Source of the DNA: Octopus sinensis
Taxonomy: Eukaryota
Length of the DNA: 24,729 nucleotides
NCBI RefSeq assembly: GCF_006345805.1
Contig: NW_021836392.1
Coordinates: 1-24,729 of the forward strand
Direction: 5' to 3'
In this document: in pieces, positions 21,276 to 24,729 of the stretch
How positions within the stretch are numbered: the first letter of the stretch is position 1
Layout: each line of letters opens with the position of its first letter
The notes under the pieces: model-generated
Told to the model about the DNA's origin: nothing
What the model saw: the letters and a program-made list of their open reading frames with translations, nothing else
Databases searched by the model: none
Made by a program: the position numbers and the translations under genes

Positions 21276-21280
21276 CTTGA

Positions 21281-21539
21281 TACATTATTTACAATTGACG
21301 GATATTTGTCCTCATCTTGTTTGTTGTTAACACAACATTTTGGCTGATACACCCTTCAGCCTTCATCAAGTGTCTTGAGGAAATTTCGAACCTTGGGGAA
21401 ATTTCAAGCCTTAGGAATGAGAACCCAGGTTCGAAATTTCCCCAAGACTCCTGATGAAGGCTGGAGAGTCTATCAGCCGAAACATTGTGTTAACAACAAA
21501 CAAGATTAGGGCAAATATCCGTCGATTGTAAATAATGTA
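21281..21539. repeat. 259-bp palindrome (about 113-bp arms), Penelope pLTR-like, with a degenerate hammerhead-like motif in each arm
   Basis: tacattatttacaattgacggatatttgtcct...gaaatttcgaacct and aggttcgaaatttc...gggcaaatatccgtcgattgtaaataatgta. CTGATGA at 21451-21457 and GAAA at 21479-21482. Confidence 0.88.
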
Positions 21540-21569
21540 CATAATTCCTTATCTCTTAAATATAGAACT

Positions 21570-21660
21570 GTATTAAATGGCTTGGTGTTATTGTTCTTTA
21601 CTAGGGTTGTCTTGGTTCTTTGGGGCTCGTTATTTTTATTTTTATTAATATTTAGGTTTA

Positions 21661-21703
<43 letters not shown>

Positions 21704-22010
21704 GTTATTATTAATGTTATTGGTTGTGTTAGTATTCTTAATTTTATTGATTGTATGTCGTTAGTATTCCTTTGTTATTGTTGCAATATTGTTAGTTATT
21801 TGCATATAAACCTTAAGAGTGTTTGTATTGTTTTTTTTTGTTGTTGTTGGTGTTAATCTTATCTGAGTTATTCATATTGTTGGTGTTGTTGCTAGATTCG
21901 TTTGGAGTTTGGTTAATGTTATCAATATTATCTTGTGCATTTATGTTAGTCCGGTTGTTTGCATAATAGTTAGGGTCTAGGTATTTAATTTTTTATCTAT
22001 AGCCTGCTTA
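21570..22010 (-). mobile_element. Possible second Penelope-like linker fragment with (AAT)n expansion
   Basis: The minus strand is A/C-rich, Asn/Thr-coding-like low complexity resembling the linker of the neighbouring remnant. No catalytic motif was seen. Confidence 0.3.
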
Positions 22011-22729
22011 TAATTATATATATATATATATGTATGTATGTATGCATATACATATGCATATGTATATATATGTATGTATATATATATATGTAAGTATGTG
22101 TATATATATGTATATATACATGTGTATATATATATGTATATATACATGTATATATACATGTGTATATGTATATATACATATACATGTGTATATGTATATA
22201 TACATATACATGTGTATATATATCTCTATATATATATACATGTGTATATATATGTATATATATATATATACATGTGTATATTCATATGCATGTATGTATA
22301 TATATGTACATGTGTATGGTTGCATATATATGTGGGTGTGCATATATATGTTTGACGAGAGTGTGAGTGAGCATATGCATATAGTCACATGTACGTGGGT
22401 GTGCGTGCATGTGTATGTACATGCATGCTTACGTGATTTCTATGAGCATTTTTACTTCCTTGTTTACTTTCTCCCCTTTGATTTTTTCCCCTTATTTAAC
22501 GGTCATTCTAATAGCTCTTTTGTCTTAATAACAGTCAATTACATAGTAATTTCCATTTGCTTAACAGTCATTTTCATAGCATTTTTTGATTTCCTCAATA
22601 ACTGAGGTGATGCCGGAGCAGTTTTCTGTCTCATCTGAAACTCGGAGTCTTATTATGGCAACAGAATAATTCTCACATTTTATATTACAGATATATATGT
22701 GTATATATATATGTGTGTGTGTATATCTA

Positions 22730-22769
22730 CTCTAGTAGAATCTCCAGATTTCTGGAGATTCTACTAGAG
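22730..22769. repeat. Perfect 40-bp palindrome
   Basis: ctctagtagaatctccaga-tt-tctggagattctactagag. Confidence 0.95.
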
Positions 22770-22895
22770 GAGATGCAAGCGCTAATATATGATTTATAAA
22801 AACGTGATATATTAATAAAAATCTGTAAATGTAAAACCATCCAGATTTATGAGTACCTTATTTTATTCTAATGTATTGATATATATGTATGAATG

Positions 22896-22973
<78 letters not shown>

Positions 22974-23682
22974 TGTATGTGTGTGTGTGTGTATGTATGT
23001 GTGTGTGTATATGTATGTGCGTGTGTGTGTGTATATGTATGTGCGTGTGTGTGTGTATATGTATGTGCGTGTGTGTGTGTATATGTATGTGCATATGTGT
23101 GTGTATATGTATGTGCATATGTATGTGCATATGTGTATATATATATATGTCTACATATATATGTATGCATATACATGTAATATATATGTATATAAATATA
23201 TACGCATATATATATATCTATATAAATTTGTATATATATATATGTACATGTGTATATGTATATATATATTTATGTTGGTATATGTACATGTATATATGTA
23301 TATATATATTTATGTATATATATGTATATGTACATATGTGTATTTATATATATGTATGTATATGGGTGTATGTATATGTGTATGTATGTTTTTCTGTGTG
23401 TGTATATACACGAATGTGTCTCTATAATAATGTATCTAAACATGTATGTAATTTAAATCTACAGAAAAACAAATGATGATGGCAGGTGTATAAACGACAA
23501 GCAGGTGTAATAGTTTGAGTGTCGGGAATATCAGAGAGTCTTTTATGTTTCGTGCCTGTGCTCTTCAACAGATAGGAACGCAAGGAAATAAGCAGGAGAA
23601 TAAAAAACAGAGTATAAAAAAGCTTTTGGAATTACAGGTCAATCATGGATACTGTCAGTGTACACAGGTGTGTGTGTGTGTT

Positions 23683-23856
23683 GTCTGTCGTTACATCGTG
23701 AGTTCAAATTCCGCCGAGGTCGACTTTGCCTTTCATCCTTTCGGGGTCGATAAATTAAGTACCAGTTACGCACTGGGGTCGATGTAATCGACTTAATCTG
23801 TTTGTCTATCCTTGTTTGTCCCCTCTGTGTTTAACCCCTTGTGGGCAATAAAAAAA
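23683..23856 (+). mobile_element. 5'-truncated tRNA-derived SINE (B box retained; central domain recalled as Meta/Nin-like)
   Basis: B-box-like gagttcaaattcc followed by gccgaggtcgactttgcctttcatcctttcggggtcgataaattaagtaccag and an A-rich end. The superfamily assignment is from memory only. Confidence 0.8.
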
Positions 23857-24397
23857 TATATATATACCCGCTGTTTGCTGGAGGCGGGTAGGAGTTCACT
23901 TCCTTGCTTGCAATATATACAGGATGCAGACTGCATCTGCAAGCAGCTGTTGTAAGATCTTCCTGGGGTTGAAACTGTACTAACATGAAACAGCCATATC
24001 GATATGGCAATTAAGTTTACTTGTCAGTATAGTTACAGCTCTCATCGCATCGTGATTTTCTAACTAGCTACTTCGCTAGTTGCAAATCAATGACTGAAAG
24101 TCACTTTGTTTTCTATATATCGTGAAGTAGAGTGAACTCTTGCTGTCTCTAGAGGTGAGATGTATATGACTGATGATAGGTAGAAATGGCCCAAACCCAA
24201 TTTAATCTCACAATCCCTTATAGAATCATAGGAGTTCACTCCCCTGCTTGTAATATATATACATATACATACATACAGGGTGCAGGCTACACCTATAACA
24301 GTTGGTGAAAAATTTGATGTGCATGTGAATATATCAATAAGTATATTGTCTTTATGGATATATCCATATGCATGCGTATGCTCACGCACACTCCCAA

Positions 24398-24572
24398 ACA
24401 CATATACACACACACACACAACAGGCTTCTTTCAGTTTCCCTCTATGAGATCCACTTACATAGTAGAAGGCTATAGTATAAGACAATTGCCCAAGGTGTC
24501 ATGCAGTGGGACTGAACCCGGAACCATGTGGTTGGTAAGCAAGCTACTTACCACACAGCCACTCCTGCACCT
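24398..24572 (-). mobile_element. tRNA-derived SINE with CORE-like segment and (TG)n tail
   Basis: The minus strand reads aggtgcaggagtggctgtgtggtaag (A box)..ggttccgggttcagtccc (B box)..caccttgggcaa (CORE-like)..ggaaactgaaagaagcctgttgtgtgtg. Confidence 0.85.
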
Positions 24573-24729
24573 ACTGAAGTTGTGTACAAATAGCCCAAAC
24601 ACGATTCACTCTCACAATCTCGTTGTCTCTTGTAGGACCATGGGACTTTGATCACCGCCTGTAATATATACAGGGTGCAGGCTGCACCTGTAGCCATATA
24701 CTCTTTTACTTGTTTCAGTCATTTGGCTG

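Larger units (their letters stand above)
2872..24729 (+). other. ENOPH1: ENOPH1 intron after the first coding exon (over 21.8 kb, extending beyond the window)
   Basis: GT donor at 2872. A by-eye search found no acceptor followed by the expected (D/E)xLFPY exon. The region is mostly repeats. Confidence 0.6.

Noticed and set aside
24500-24572. A-box/B-box sequence as a tRNA gene
   Set aside because: It does not fold into a cloverleaf and continues into SINE body and tail, so it is a tRNA-derived SINE head.

Overview
Eukaryotic, AT-rich, repeat-dense animal genomic DNA. The SINE, RTE, Penelope and microsatellite landscape looks like an octopus genome; this is recognition from memory, not a database result. 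Two genes lie head-to-head about 1 kb apart. On the minus strand is the large first coding exon of an RRBP1/kinectin-family ER membrane protein (1116-1757), with an apparent 1-nt homopolymer deletion just after its start codon. On the plus strand is the first coding exon of enolase-phosphatase E1, ENOPH1 (2764-2871). No second ENOPH1 exon was found, so 2872-24729 is read as part of one very long intron. That intron holds decayed mobile elements: two RTE LINE families (one near-full-length copy has a PHD-like finger inside the RT; one copy is 5'-inverted), two CR1/L2-group fragments, a Penelope-like GIY-YIG remnant beside a palindrome carrying degenerate hammerhead-like motifs, tRNA-derived SINEs, a TIR MITE, probable non-autonomous Helitrons, several long palindromes and many (TA)/(CA)/(TG) microsatellites. 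Most ORF-track entries are microsatellite or antisense artefacts. I see no clear new biological system; the best leads concern transposon architecture and intronic dsRNA potential.
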